Positions 47,070 through 58,817 of a DNA stretch of 64,000 bases are shown here, one piece after another. Source of the DNA: an uncultured delta proteobacterium (GTDB lineage: Bacteria; Myxococcota_A; Polyangia; Polyangiales; Polyangiaceae); NCBI GenBank assembly GCA_963716725.1, contig CAVQUB010000032.1, positions 277,733 to 341,732 of the forward strand, read 5' to 3'. Numbering within the stretch: position 1 is the stretch's first letter; each line of letters begins with the position of its first letter. The position numbers and the translations under genes are program-made. The notes below the pieces were generated by a model. That model was not told the origin of the DNA and made no database searches. It saw nothing but the letters and a program-made list of their open reading frames with translations.

Positions 47070-47546
47070 TCAACGCCAGCCCGAGAGTGTCTTGACGGCC
47101 ACCGGCCCACCGAAGGCGCCGGCGAAGCGCGCGAGCCAGACGCCGATCAAGAGCACGAAGGTCGCCAGCGCGACCACCGTCAGGAGCTTGCTGAACCAAG
47201 TGCTCGGGAGCTTGGCGATGCCGCCGCGCACGTAGCCCCAGGCGATGCTGCCGATGACGCCGAAGTACATCGGGGTCGCGACGAAGACCAGCGGGTGGAA
47301 GTGCAGCGCGGCGTGGAAGTCTCCGCGGAACGCGGCCAGCGTGGCGCGCGTGAGGCCGCAGCCGGGGCAGGGGATCCCGAAGACGGACGAGGTGGGACAC
47401 GCCGGCACGTCGACCAGCACCAGCACGAAGAGCGGCGAGAGCACCAACGCGACGAACAAAAGGCGCTTGGGCCACCCGGGATGAAACCCGAGTGGCCCGA
47501 AGTGCACTCCGCCAACCTGTTGCGAGTCGATCAACTCTCGCTTCAC
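47070..47546 (-). CDS. DUF2752-like membrane protein
   Basis: CP...FGIPCPGCGLTRA...FHP motif. Confidence 0.85.
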   Translation of the reverse strand: MKRELIDSQQVGGVHFGPLGFHPGWPKRLLFVALVLSPLFVLVLVDVPACPTSSVFGIPCPGCGLTRATLAAFRGDFHAALHFHPLVFVATPMYFGVIGSIAWGYVRGGIAKLPSTWFSKLLTVVALATFVLLIGVWLARFAGAFGGPVAVKTLSGWR

Positions 47547-48724
47547 ATCTGCCGGCCGCCGCTAGCGGCTTGCCAGATCTCGTTTAGATCAGCAGTCAGG
47601 AAGAAGGGCCAGAGGAAGAAATAGAGGATCGGATGTGACACCTGGGCGTTGGGGACGCCGGCCATCTGCTTGGCCTCGAGGACCTTCTCGGGCAGACCCC
47701 AGAGCAAGATGATGTTCAGGATCGGGACGAAGAACATGATCGGGTTCAGATCGTCCTTCTGCCGGAACGCCTTGAGCTCGTTGATTTCCATCCAGAGCAC
47801 GTAGAACAGGTAGAAGCCGCAGATGCAGCCGATGACCAGCTGCATGATCGGGTTTCGCGTCTCCCCAATGGGGCCGAAGCCGCCCGGGGGCATGCCACCG
47901 CCCATGCCGCCCATGCCGCCCATCATCGGGCCTGCTCCTGCGAGCTGCATCGCGCCGCCGGGGCCCGGCGGTGCGCCAGCCGGCCCACCGAATCCTGGAG
48001 GCGCACCGGGAGCCGGTCCGAATCCGGCTGGGGTGGGCGGGGGCCCGTAGGGGCTGCCCGGGGGCGAGCCGCCTGGCGGTCCGCCCATCGGTCCGCCGGG
48101 AGGAGGTCCGCCGAATCCTTGCGGTGGTCCGCCCATCGGTCCGCCGGGAGGAGGTCCGCCCATCGGTCCGCCGGGAGGAGGTCCGCCCATCGGTCCGCCG
48201 GGAGGAGGTCCGCCGAAGCCTTGCGGGGGTCCACCGGGAGGAGGTCCGCCCATCGGTCCGCCGGGAGGAGGTCCGCCGAAGCCTTGCGGGGGCCCGCCGT
48301 AACCTGCGTCCGCGGGCGGGGGGCCTCCTGGGGGCGGAAACCCGCCGCCAGGCCCACCGTCCGGTGCGACCATCGTTCCGCCCAGAGGATCCGCAGGTCC
48401 GCCGAAAGCGGCGGGTGCTGGCCCTGGCGCCGGCGGCGGCGCGGGCCCGCCTCCCGGGGGCTGCGGGGCGGAGCCCATTGACGGGGGCGCGACCCCCAGC
48501 ATGGTCCCTTTGAGCTGGGGCCGAGGATTACTCGGTGCGGCGGGCGCCGCGGGTGCGCCGGGTGCCGCCCCCGCCGGTCGAGGAGGCTGCGCGCCCGCTT
48601 GCGGGTTCACCATCAGCATGGTGCCCTTGAACTTTGGCGCGGCGGCGCCCTTCAAATTGAACCCACACTTTGCACAAGTGGTGGCCGTCTCCGGATTCTG
48701 CGTCCCACAGTTCGGGCAAAACAC
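47543..48724 (-). CDS. Zinc-ribbon, Pro/Gly-rich linker and DUF4234-like membrane domain protein
   Basis: FCPNCG...CAKCG, GTML/GTMV motifs, GGPPPGGPM repeats, RNP...ICGFY...W...NEL TM region. Confidence 0.8.
   Translation of the reverse strand: MFCPNCGTQNPETATTCAKCGFNLKGAAAPKFKGTMLMVNPQAGAQPPRPAGAAPGAPAAPAAPSNPRPQLKGTMLGVAPPSMGSAPQPPGGGPAPPPAPGPAPAAFGGPADPLGGTMVAPDGGPGGGFPPPGGPPPADAGYGGPPQGFGGPPPGGPMGGPPPGGPPQGFGGPPPGGPMGGPPPGGPMGGPPPGGPMGGPPQGFGGPPPGGPMGGPPGGSPPGSPYGPPPTPAGFGPAPGAPPGFGGPAGAPPGPGGAMQLAGAGPMMGGMGGMGGGMPPGGFGPIGETRNPIMQLVIGCICGFYLFYVLWMEINELKAFRQKDDLNPIMFFVPILNIILLWGLPEKVLEAKQMAGVPNAQVSHPILYFFLWPFFLTADLNEIWQAASGGRQM
48075..48295 (-). repeat. Coding tandem repeat (27-bp units, GGPPPGGPM)
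   Basis: GGTCCGCCCATCGGTCCGCCGGGAGGA recurs. Confidence 0.9.
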
Positions 48725-48830
48725 GCAACACCTCCACGGCTCGGCGATTGCCGTCGAGCGGCGCCAGCCTACACGCGGCCGAGGGGGGTTCTCAAGTCAG
48801 AAGGATTGAAATTTCGAGGTCAACCCCGTC

Positions 48831-48860
48831 TTGACACCGTGCTTTGCCGCTCACTAGGGT
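48831..48860 (+). promoter_or_regulatory. Candidate sigma70 promoter of the nuoE-N operon
   Basis: TTGACA-18 bp-TAGGGT, about 130 nt upstream of nuoE. Confidence 0.5.
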
Positions 48861-48992
48861 GCGCTCGCCCGGGCGTCCCGGGTCGGCGCGACCACCACAA
48901 ACGCCCGCTGAGTGCCCGCAACGGGACTGACGGGTCGGGGCCACTCGGCCCCTTCGGGGCAAGCCCCAACCGGCACCACGGAAATTCCGAAC

Positions 48993-49475
48993 ATGGCTTT
49001 TTCTCTAAGCGCGGAGCAGGAGCGCGAGCTCGGGAAGATCCTCGCGCGCTACCCGAACAAAATGGCGGCGACCATTCCGGTCCTGCACCTCTGCCAGTCG
49101 GCCAACGAGAACTGGGTCAGCGACGACGTCATTCAATTCGTCGCCGACAAGTTGGAGGTCGGCACCGCGCACGTCAAAGGCGTAGTCACCTTCTACACGC
49201 TGTTCAACCAGTCCAAGCCAGGCAAGCACCAGGTCTGGGTCTGCCGCACGCTGTCGTGTGCGCTGCGGGGTTCCGAAGGACTCCTTCATCACTGCGAGAA
49301 GCGCTTGGAGATCCACGCGGGCGAGACGACCCCGGATGGCAAGGTCACGCTGCGCACGGCTGAGTGCCTCGCTTCGTGCGGCACGGCGCCCATGATGCAA
49401 GTCGACAAGACCTATCACGAGAACCTGACGACTCAGCGGGTCGACGAGATCCTCGACGAGCTGCTGGCACAGTAG
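48993..49475 (+). CDS. nuoE: NADH:quinone oxidoreductase subunit E
   Basis: TFYTLF, VCRTLSCAL, ECLASCGTAP ([2Fe-2S] Cys). Confidence 0.95.
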   Translation: MAFSLSAEQERELGKILARYPNKMAATIPVLHLCQSANENWVSDDVIQFVADKLEVGTAHVKGVVTFYTLFNQSKPGKHQVWVCRTLSCALRGSEGLLHHCEKRLEIHAGETTPDGKVTLRTAECLASCGTAPMMQVDKTYHENLTTQRVDEILDELLAQ

Positions 49476-49482
49476 GCGACCC

Positions 49483-50828
49483 ATGCTCGAGCAGACCACC
49501 TTCCTCTCGCACTCGTACGCCAAGGCCGACGGCCACACGCTCGCGGCTTACGAGGCCTCCGGCGGCTACAAGAACGCACGAAAAGCCCTGACGATGAGCC
49601 GCGACGCCGTCGTGGACGAAGTGAAGAAGGCGCACATCCGCGGGCGCGGGGGCGCGGGCTTCGACTGGGCGTGAAGTGGAGCTTCATGCCGAAGGAGAGC
49701 AAGAAGCCCTGCTACCTCGTGGTCAACGCCGACGAAGGCGAGCCAGGCACCTTCAAGGACCGCACCATCATGGAGCGGAACCCACATTCCGTGATCGAGG
49801 GGTGCATCATCGGCTGCTTCGGGATCGGCGCGCACACGGCCTACATCTACGTTCGCGACGAGCTGCATTTGTCCAAGGAGCGGCTGTGGAGCGCCATCGA
49901 GGAGGCCAAGGCCAAGGGCTACCTCGGACCAAAGCCCTTCGGGCTCGACTACCCGGTCGAGGTCTACGTGCACACCGGAGCCGGCGCCTACATCTGCGGC
50001 GAAGAGACTGCGTTGCTCAACTCGCTCGAAGGCCGGCGCGGCGAGCCGCGCTTCAAGCCACCCTTCCCGGCGCAGGTCGGCGCCTTCGGCTGCCCGACCA
50101 CGGTGAACAACCTCGAGACCATCGCCATCGTGCCGACGGTGATCGGCATGGGCGGCGATGCCTTCAGCAGGCGCTCGGCGCTGCACGACTTCAATGACGG
50201 CGGCGCGCGGCTCTTCGGCGTGAGCGGTCACGTGAAGACGCCGGGCGTTTTCGAGTGCGCGGTCGGCCTCACGCTGCGCGAGCTGATCTACGACCTGGGC
50301 GGCGGCATTCTGGGCGACAAGCAGCTCTTGGCCGTGATCCCCGGAGGTTCGTCGTGCCCGGTGATGCTGCCGAGCGAGGTGGTCAACGTGCCCGGCGATC
50401 CGCGCTTCGAGCCCTACAACGGCAAGAGTGTCCTCGACGTGCCGCTCGGCGTCGACACCTTCCGCGCCGTGGGCGGCATGCTCGGCACCTGCTGCGCCAT
50501 CGTGCTCTCCGAGGACGCAGATCCGGTGCTCGCGCTCCACAACCTGATGCGCTTCTACAAACACGAGTCCTGCGGGCAGTGCACGCCGTGCCGAGAAGGC
50601 TGCGGCTGGATCGATCGCATCTTGCACAAGCTGGTAGATGGCCACGGGACGATGGAGGAGCTCGACCAGCTCCACCGCATCGCGTCGGACATCACGGGCA
50701 ACACCATCTGTGCGTTTGGCGACGGCGCGGCGCAGCCCGCGCTGTCGTTCGTTCGAAAATTCCGTAAACAGTTCGAGGACTACGTCCTGACCGGCGGCAA
50801 GTCCCAGACCAAGAAGCTCGTGGCATGA
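49483..50828 (+). CDS. nuoF: NADH:quinone oxidoreductase subunit F; apparent frameshift near 49667
   Basis: [53 protein letters not shown]. Confidence 0.97.
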
Positions 50829-51439
50829 GCGTCGGATCCCTCTTTTTCAGCGTGTGCGCGCTGGTCGCGCTGGTGGGCGCGGTGAGCACGGTCGCAGCCA
50901 AGAACCCGATCCGCGGCGCGATGGGACTCTTGGCGACGATCGTCGCTATCGCCGCGCTGTTCTTGAAGCTCGCGGCCCAGTTCCTCGCGGCGATTCAGCT
51001 GATCGTCTACGCCGGCGCGGTCGTCGTCCTGTTCGTGTTCGTGATCATGCTGCTCGGCCCCGACGCGAACACGGGTGGCAAGCCGGCCAAGGTGAGCCTG
51101 TGGCGCTGGGGCGGTGCGTCGCTCCTGGTGCTGCTCGCCGGCGCCGCTCTGTTCGTCACGCGCAACGGCTTCGGCCCGCCCGTGCTGCTCGGACCGGTCC
51201 GGGCCGACTACGGCTCGACCGAGGCGGTGGGCGGGCTCTTGTTCCGTCACGGCTTCGTGCCCTTCGAGATCGCGACCGCGCTCTTGATCGTCGCCGTGGT
51301 CGGCGCCATCGCCGTCGCGCGCAGCAAGCCCAAGGCCAAGAAGACCAGCACGGAAGAGCACGAGACTCGTCGCATGTTCGCCGGCCCGCTCCACCCGCGG
51401 GACGCCGAGCGCCCCCTGCCGAAGGAGTCCGGGCGATGA
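50825..51439 (+). CDS. nuoJ: NADH:quinone oxidoreductase subunit J
   Basis: [23 protein letters not shown]...LL.VA.VGAI. Confidence 0.95.
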   Translation: MSVGSLFFSVCALVALVGAVSTVAAKNPIRGAMGLLATIVAIAALFLKLAAQFLAAIQLIVYAGAVVVLFVFVIMLLGPDANTGGKPAKVSLWRWGGASLLVLLAGAALFVTRNGFGPPVLLGPVRADYGSTEAVGGLLFRHGFVPFEIATALLIVAVVGAIAVARSKPKAKKTSTEEHETRRMFAGPLHPRDAERPLPKESGR

Positions 51440-51747
51440 TGGGTCAGCTGGTCCAGCACTACGTGCTCTTGTCCACGGCCATCTTCTTGATCGGCGCGGT
51501 CGGCTTCTTGGTGCGCCGCAACATCCTGGTTCAGCTGATGAGCATCGAGCTCATGCTGAACGCCGTGAACTTGGCGCTGGTGGCCTTCAACCGGCAGCAC
51601 GAGGGCAGCATGAACGGACACATGTTCGCTTTCTTCGTGATTGCGGTAGCAGCCGCCGAGGCGGCGGTGGGCCTGGCGATCCTGCTCGCGTTCTATCGAC
51701 TCAAGGCCACCGTCAACAGCGACGACGCCGACACCCTGAAGCACTGA
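51436..51747 (+). CDS. nuoK: NADH:quinone oxidoreductase subunit K
   Basis: RRN...[23 protein letters not shown]. Confidence 0.95.
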   Translation: MMGQLVQHYVLLSTAIFLIGAVGFLVRRNILVQLMSIELMLNAVNLALVAFNRQHEGSMNGHMFAFFVIAVAAAEAAVGLAILLAFYRLKATVNSDDADTLKH

Positions 51748-51757
51748 AGGAACGACG

Positions 51758-54524
51758 ATGCACGGGCTTCAGAAGATCTTCCCTCCGACCGAGTTCGCGC
51801 TGCTCGTCGTGATCCTGGCGCTGCCGCTGATCGGCGCCATCGTGAACGGCATCTTCGGCAAGCGCCTGGGCAAAGAGGCCGTGACCACCATGGCGCTCTT
51901 CGCCGTAGGCGGCGCGTTCGTGGCCAGCCTGGTCTCGTTCGTGATGCTGGCCAGCGCGCAATCGGCGGCGCACGCCAAGGGCGCCGAAGGAGCGGTTCGC
52001 TTCATCTGGAAGGGCTGGGAGTGGGTTCGCGTCTCGGGTCGCCACGACCTGGGCCAGATCCCCGTGGCCATCGACTTCTCCTTTGACGCCTTGAACGGCG
52101 TGATGAGCCTGGTCGTCACCGGCGTCGGCTTCCTGATCCACCTGTACTCGACCAAGTACATGGAGAAGGACGAGAGCTACCACCGCTTCTTCGCCTACCT
52201 GAACCTGTTCATCTTCTCGATGCTGGTGCTCATCTTGGGCGACAGCCTGCCGGTGCTCTTCGTCGGCTGGGAGGGCGTGGGCCTGTGCAGCTACCTGCTG
52301 ATCGGCTTCTGGTTCGGCGACGAGAAGAACGCCACGGCCGGCAAGAAGGCCTTCATCACCAACCGCATCGGCGACTTCGGCCTGATCGTGGCCATGGCGC
52401 TGCTGCTCTACTACGTCGGCGCGCTCGACTGGACCGGCATCGAGGGTGGGCGCGCGAACCTCCTGACCCGCGTGCAGATGTGGCCGGTCGGCAACCAGGT
52501 CCCGTTCTCGGATCTGATCCAGGGCAGCCTGCCGTCGTTCTTCGAGTGGCTGAACCGGCCCCGGCACGTCTCCGCAGCCTCGCTGGTGGGCCTGGCGCTG
52601 TTCTTGGGCTGCGCCGGCAAGAGCGCGCAGTTCCCCCTGTACGTCTGGCTGCCCGACGCCATGGCGGGCCCCACCCCGGTCAGCGCGCTGATCCACGCCG
52701 CCACCATGGTCACCGCTGGCGTCTACCTGGTCTGCCGCATGGCGGGCGTCTTCGTGCTGAGCCCCGCGGTCATGTTCACGGTGGCCTTCGTCGGCGCGGC
52801 GACGGCGCTGCTCGCGGCGAGCATCGCCTTCGTTCAGAACGACATCAAGAAGGTGCTGGCCTACTCCACGGTCAGCCAGCTCGGCTACATGTTCCTGGGC
52901 GTCGGCGTCGGCGCGTTCACCGCCGGCTTCTTCCACGTCCTGACCCACGCCTTCTTCAAGGCCTGCCTGTTCCTCGCCGCGGGCTCGGTGATCCACGCGA
53001 TGCACAAGCGCATCCACGACACGGACGCGTCGCAGGACATGCGCAACATGGGCGGCATGAAGCAAGTACATGCCCTACACCTTTGCGGCCTTCGTGGTGG
53101 CCTGGGTGGCCATCATCGGCGTGCCCGGCACGAGCGGCTTCTTCTCCAAGGACGAGATCCTCTTCAAGGCCTACACCTCCAGCGTCGCGTTCCCGATCCC
53201 GGACGGCAAGATCATCGACCCGCGCTCCGGCAAGGTCGCGCTCGAGATGTGGGGCTGGCCGAGCTGGGGGCCGACCGTGCTCTACGTGATGGGCGTGCTC
53301 GGCGCCGTGATGACCGCGTTCTACATGTCGCGGCTGGTGTTCGGCATCTTCTGGGGAGACTTCAAGGGTTGGAAGATCGTCAAGGGCTACAAGGCGCCGG
53401 CGCACGACGAGCACCACGACGATCACCACCACGAGGCAGGGCCGCTCGAGGGCCCCAAGCCGGCGGAAAGTCCCTGGCAGATCACGGCGCCCATCTTGAT
53501 CCTGGGCGGCCTCAGCATCGTGGCCGGCTTCCTCAACGCGCACCCGCTGCACATTGCGCCCCTCGAGCACCTGCTCGAGCCCGTGTTCTCCTTCGCCAAC
53601 GGCAAAGAGATCGTCGCCGCTGGCAGCAAGGGACCGGGCGTGGTCCTGCACCCGAACTCGCAGACGCTGATGTGGCCGCTGATGGTGCCGGGATTGCTCG
53701 CACTGGTGGCCGGCGCCGGTGGAGCCTTCTGGGTCTACATCCAGAACGCCGGCGGTCCCGCCCGGGCCCTGGCCGAGAAGTTCCCGGGTCTGCACGCGCT
53801 CGTCTACGACAAGTGGCGCGTCGACGAGTTCTATGAAGAGACCATCATCGGCGCCGTGGACTCCCTCGCGGAGTTCGCCGTCGTGTTCGACCGCGTCGTC
53901 GTCGACGGCATCGTGGCTCGTCTCACCGCCTTCACGGTGGCCATCGCGGGATCGGGCCTTCGCCTCGTGCAGACGGGCCACGTGCAGGCCTACGCCGCGG
54001 TGATGGTCGTCGGTGTCGGCGGGCTCGGCTGGTTCTTCGTGGCGCCGCACGCCACGACCATCGTCAAGTCCGACGAGGCATCGGGCAGCTACGAGATCAC
54101 CGCGGCGCCGGGCCTTGGCTACCAGTACCGCTGGGACAGCGATGGCGATGGCAAGCCCGACGCCGATGCGTTCACCGCGCAGGCCTCCCTGGCGGTCAGC
54201 CTCGAGCGTGGTCAGCAGAAGAAGGTCGTGCTCGAGGTGAAGAACGCCTTCGAGCGCGTCTCGAAGCGCCAGATCGTCCTGTCGCGTCCGAAGCAGGACG
54301 CGAGCAAGGGCGGCCCTGGGACGATTCAGATCGAGCAGGGCCCGGACGGCCAGCTGCGCGGGGTCGTTCCCGGTCAGAACCGCCCGCTGGAGCTGCGTCG
54401 ACCGCCGCCGCCGCCGCCGGGTGGTGCGCGCCCGGGCCAACCGACACCGCTGCGAATGGCGCCGCCGCCGGGTCGCCCCAACCCAGCTGAGCCGCACCAG
54501 CACCAACCTGGAGACGTGCATTGA
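51758..54524 (+). CDS. nuoL: NADH:quinone oxidoreductase subunit L with a C-terminal extension; apparent frameshift near 53063
   Basis: GWEGVGLCSYLLIGFW, NRIGD, WLPDAMAGPTPVSALIHAATMV, THAFFKA, GFFSKDEIL, QTG.VQ.Y. Confidence 0.95.
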
Positions 54525-56400
54525 GCCCCGGATTGAAATTGGTCTTCGAGGCCTGGCCCTATCTGCTGGCGTTCGCCGTCGGGGTGCTCATCCCGCGCCG
54601 CCAAGGGCTCTTCGAGCGCGTCGCTATCGGCGTGGTCGCCGCGCTCTCGGTGCTCCTGGTCATGGGCCTGTGGCCCGGCAAAGAGGTCGTCGCCGATGCG
54701 CCCAAGCCCACGGAGTGGCCGAACCTGCTCAACGTGATCGTCTTCTTGCCGCTCTTCGGCTCGATCTCGATTCTGTTCTTGCCGCGGCAGTCGCCCAAGC
54801 TGCTCAAGCGGTTCACGATGCTGATCCTCGGCATCGACTTCCTGGTGTCGCTCTGGCTGCTCGGTGTGCCGATGACGGCGGGCTGGCACTTCCAGTACGT
54901 GCGTGAGTGGCTGCCGAGCTTCGGCATCCGCTACCACGTGGCCGTCGACGGAGTGTCGACCTGGCTGATCCTGCTCAGCACCTTCACCACGCCGATCGCC
55001 GCGTACGTCTCGTTCGGCAGCATCAAGACCCGCACCAAGGATCTCTGCTTCTCGCTCCTGCTCCTGCATGGCGCCATGCTCGGCGCCTTCGTCTCGCTCG
55101 ATCTGTTCCTGTTCTACGTGTTCTGGGAGCTGATGCTGGTGCCGATGGTCATCATGATCGGCATCTGGGGAGGCGCTGAGAAGATCAAGGCCGCGTACAA
55201 GTTCTTCCTCTACACGATGGCCGGCAGCGTGCTGATGCTCGCGGCCATCCTGTACATGGTGTGGACGCACGCGTCGATCGCAGGCTTCGTCACCTTCGAC
55301 TACCTCGCGCTCAAGAACCTGGTGCTGCCCAAGACGGCGGCCATGCTGTGCTTCGGGGCCTTCTTGCTGGCCGTTCATCATCAAGGTACCGATGTTCCCG
55401 GTGCACACGTGGCTGCCGGACGCCCACGTCCAAGCGCCGACCGGGGGCTCGATCATCCTGGCGGCGGTGCTGCTCAAGCTCGGGACCTACGGCTACATCC
55501 GCTTCTGCATGGGCATGTTCGCCGGCCCGGCCTGGTCGACGGCAGCGAACCTGGCGGGCCTCGCTGTGGGCGGCGGCATCCTCTACGGCGCTCTCGTGGC
55601 CTGGAAGCAGGACGACGTGAAGCGCCTGGTCGCCTACTCGTCGGTGGCCCACCTCGGCTTCGTGATGCTCGGCCTGTTCGCGGCGACGCGGACCGGGATC
55701 GAAGGGCGCGCTGCTGCAGATGGTCAACCACGGGATCTCGACCGGCGCGTTGTTCCTCCTGGTCGGCGTCATCTACGACCGGCGCCACACCCGCGAGGTG
55801 CGCGAGTTCGGCGGCCTGGCCAAGGTGATGCCGGTCTACGCGGCGGTCTTCGTCGATCGTCACCATGTCGAGCATCGGCGTGCCGGGCACCAACGGCTTC
55901 GTGGGTGAGTTCATGGTCATCATGGGCACCTTCGTCTCGCTGCCTGCTCGGATCCCACGGCCAGCTTCAGGCCGCGCTCGCCACCGCTCGGCGTGATCTT
56001 GGCGGCGGTCTACATGCTGTCGCTGGTCCAGAAGATGTTCTTCGGACCGCTCTCGAACCCCAAGAACAAGAACCTGCCGGATCTGAACGTGCGCGAGACG
56101 CTGGCGCTGGCGCCGCTCATCGCCGCTGATCTTCGTGATCGGGTTCTTCCCGAACCTGTTCCTCGATCGAGCGCGGGACTCCGTGGCCACCGTGGTGGAT
56201 GGCTACCAGGAGGGGCGCAAGGCCTACATGGCCATGGATCGCCGGCGCGACGACAGCTCGCCTCCGACCCGCAAGGGCGGCGTCCTGGAGACGGGCTACC
56301 CAGAGCCGCCGAAGCTCGGGGGGTGCGGGCGACAAGAAGGACGCCAGCCGACCGACGGCGCAGCTCCAACCGGCCACTGCCGGCGGGAGGCACCCAGTGA
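54521..56400 (+). CDS. nuoM: NADH:quinone oxidoreductase subunit M; several apparent frameshifts
   Basis: [64 protein letters not shown]. Confidence 0.92.
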
Positions 56401-57936
56401 CCCTCTGGTTCGGCCTCTCCCCGATCTCGTCGGTCGGTATCGGCACGCTGCTGCTCATGCTCGCCGAGGCCTTCGGCAAGTCGCCCGAGGCCAGCACGAA
56501 CCCCGCGGACGCCGGCTCCGGTCGCTCCGGAGAGCTCGCCCTCGGCGCCGCAGTGGTGTTGCTCGCGGGCACGGCCTTCAGCATCGGCGTGTGGATGGTC
56601 GGTCCCGAGAACTTGCCGAAGGGCTCGAGGTCACCGCGTCCCTACCTGGTGATCGACCGCTTCACGGTCTTCTTCTGCTTCGTGCTCTCGCTCGGCGGCG
56701 CCTTCGCGGCGCTGCTCGCCGGCGGCTACCTGCCGGAGCACGGCATCGATCGCTCGCGAGTTCTTCCCGCTGCTGCTGCTCAGCACCGTCGGCGCGATGA
56801 TCCTGGCCGCCGCCGGCAGATCTGCTCAGCCTGTTCGTCGCTCTCGAGACGATGTCGCTCGGCGTCTACTGCATGGTCGGCCTGCGCCGCAGCGCCGCGC
56901 GCCGCGGAGGCCGCCCTCAAGTACTTCCTGCTCGGGAGCTTTGCCGCGGCGCTGATGCTCTTCGGTGCGGCGCTGCTCTACGGCGCCACGGGCCACACCG
57001 ATCTCGTGGGCATCGGCGAGGCCATCAAGACCATCGGTCAGCCGGGGAGCGTCGTGCCCGTCGCGCCCATGCTGATCGCCTTGGTGCTCACGCTTGGTGG
57101 GCCTGCTATTCAAGGTGAGCGCGGTGCCCTTCCACATGTGGACGCCGGACGCATACGAGGGCGCGCCCACGCCGGCCACGAGCTTCATGGCCGTGGCGGT
57201 CAAGGCGGCGGCGTTCGCTATGCTGCTGCGGGTGCTGATCGTGGCCTTCGGTGACGAGCGCCTGATGACTTGGGGCACCGGCTGGCCGCCGGCGCTCGCG
57301 CTCATGGCGGTGCTCACGATGACGGTCGCCAACCTCGTGGCGGGACGACAGACCTCGGTCAAGCGCATGCTCGCCTACTCGTCCATCGCGCACGCGGGCT
57401 ACGCTCTGGTCGGCGTCGTCGCGACCATGCGCTCGGCCGACGGCCAGGCCAGCGTGCTCTTCTACCTGCTCACGTACACGGTCTCGACCGTCGGCGCGTT
57501 CGGCGCGCTGATCTACTGCGGCAGCCGCGGCGCCGAGGCGACGAGCTACGAAGATCTCGCCGGCCTCGCCAAGCGGCACCCGGCCGCGGCGCTGGCCTTC
57601 AGCGTGTTCCTGCTCTCCTTGGCGGGCCTGCCGCCCAACCGCGGGTTTCTTCGGCAAGCTCTACGTCTTCCGCGCGGCCATCGACGCCGAGCTGTACCTG
57701 CTCGCGGTGCTGGGCCTGCTCAACAGCTTGCTCGGCGCCTACTACTACCTGCGCGTCATGGTCTTCATGTACATGCGCGAACCGGCACCCGGCGCGCAGC
57801 CGGCGGTGCCCATGCAGTCGGCCTTCGTGACCAGCGCGCTGGTGCTCGCTGCGGTGCTGGTGTTCGCCTGGGCATCGCGCCGGGCTGGTCGCTCGACATG
57901 GCCGCCGCCGCCAAGATCGTCGTCTCGGTTCGCTGA
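56397..57936 (+). CDS. nuoN: NADH:quinone oxidoreductase subunit N; several apparent frameshifts
   Basis: EAALKYFLLGS, FKVSAVPFHMWTPDAYEGAPTP, KRMLAYSSIAHAGY, SLAGLPP, YYYLRV. Confidence 0.92.
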
Positions 57937-58032
57937 GCGCGGCGCCTCCCGTCGCACCACGGCGCGTCCAGGCGCACAAAAGCAAACGGGGCGCCACGCA
58001 GGCGCCCCGAATCGTTCGAGTTCGTCTTGCGA

Positions 58033-58602
58033 TCAGCGACCCAGGTCGAACTTGATTTCTTGCTTCACCGTGCTGACGATGAACGGGTTGTAAGTCAGCT
58101 TGAGGTTGGTGGCCTTCTGGGGCACCTCGAAGGTGATCCAGCCCTTGGCCTTCTCGCCCTTGGCGATGCGCACGCTCTTGAGCTCCGGAGAGCAGCCACC
58201 AAAGGTGCTGGTGTACGAGTAACCCTCGCCATCGGTGACCTTGGCGTAGAACGGGTTGACCGGGACGTCCTTGTCCGCGATGCCTTCGAGCTGCACCTCG
58301 ACACCGAGCTTGATGTTCCCCTTCTTGGCCTTGAAGTAGTAGGGGACCTTGCACTCCTTGACGTTCTCGATGGCCATCGAGTAGTCCGGTGCCTTCGCGG
58401 TCTCGCCGACCTTGTGCAGCTTCGACGAGTCGAAGGCCGGCCCGGTCGGAACCGGCGGCGTCGTGGGCGTCGTGGGCGTGGCGCCCGTTCCAGTGCCGGG
58501 GTCGGTCGTGGGCGTCGGCGTGCTCTTCTTGCAAGCCAAGAGAGCGCCAGCGACCAGGGCGGTGCAGGCAATGGCGGTGAACGAGCGAGAACGAGTGTGC
58601 AT
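58033..58602 (-). CDS. DUF4352-like Ig-fold lipoprotein
   Basis: Lipobox LLAC; Thr/Pro linker; KVGET...V.V...D.EGYSY...GEKAKGWITFEVP. Confidence 0.8.
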   Translation of the reverse strand: MHTRSRSFTAIACTALVAGALLACKKSTPTPTTDPGTGTGATPTTPTTPPVPTGPAFDSSKLHKVGETAKAPDYSMAIENVKECKVPYYFKAKKGNIKLGVEVQLEGIADKDVPVNPFYAKVTDGEGYSYTSTFGGCSPELKSVRIAKGEKAKGWITFEVPQKATNLKLTYNPFIVSTVKQEIKFDLGR

Positions 58603-58817
58603 CGACGGTTCCTTGGCTGAAGCGCCCGTCCGCGGGCGTCGGGGACGTTACACAGCTTGCGGCGGCTTCACAAACATCCCGAAAGCACGCGGCCTCGAGA
58701 TTGCAATCTGCCGTGGTACGCACCCGAAGGGGAATTCTTCCCCGAACCCGGCCACTAGAAAAAAGGCTTTGAATTCAATTGTTTAACGAGGTAGGACCGT
58801 TCTCACCGGATAACGCC

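Noticed and set aside
36997..57936. Pseudogenes or programmed ribosomal frameshifting in exb/tonB, ACAD and nuo genes
   Set aside because: Too many independent indels in genes with intact motifs and codon bias, and no consistent slippery sites; assembly error is more parsimonious.
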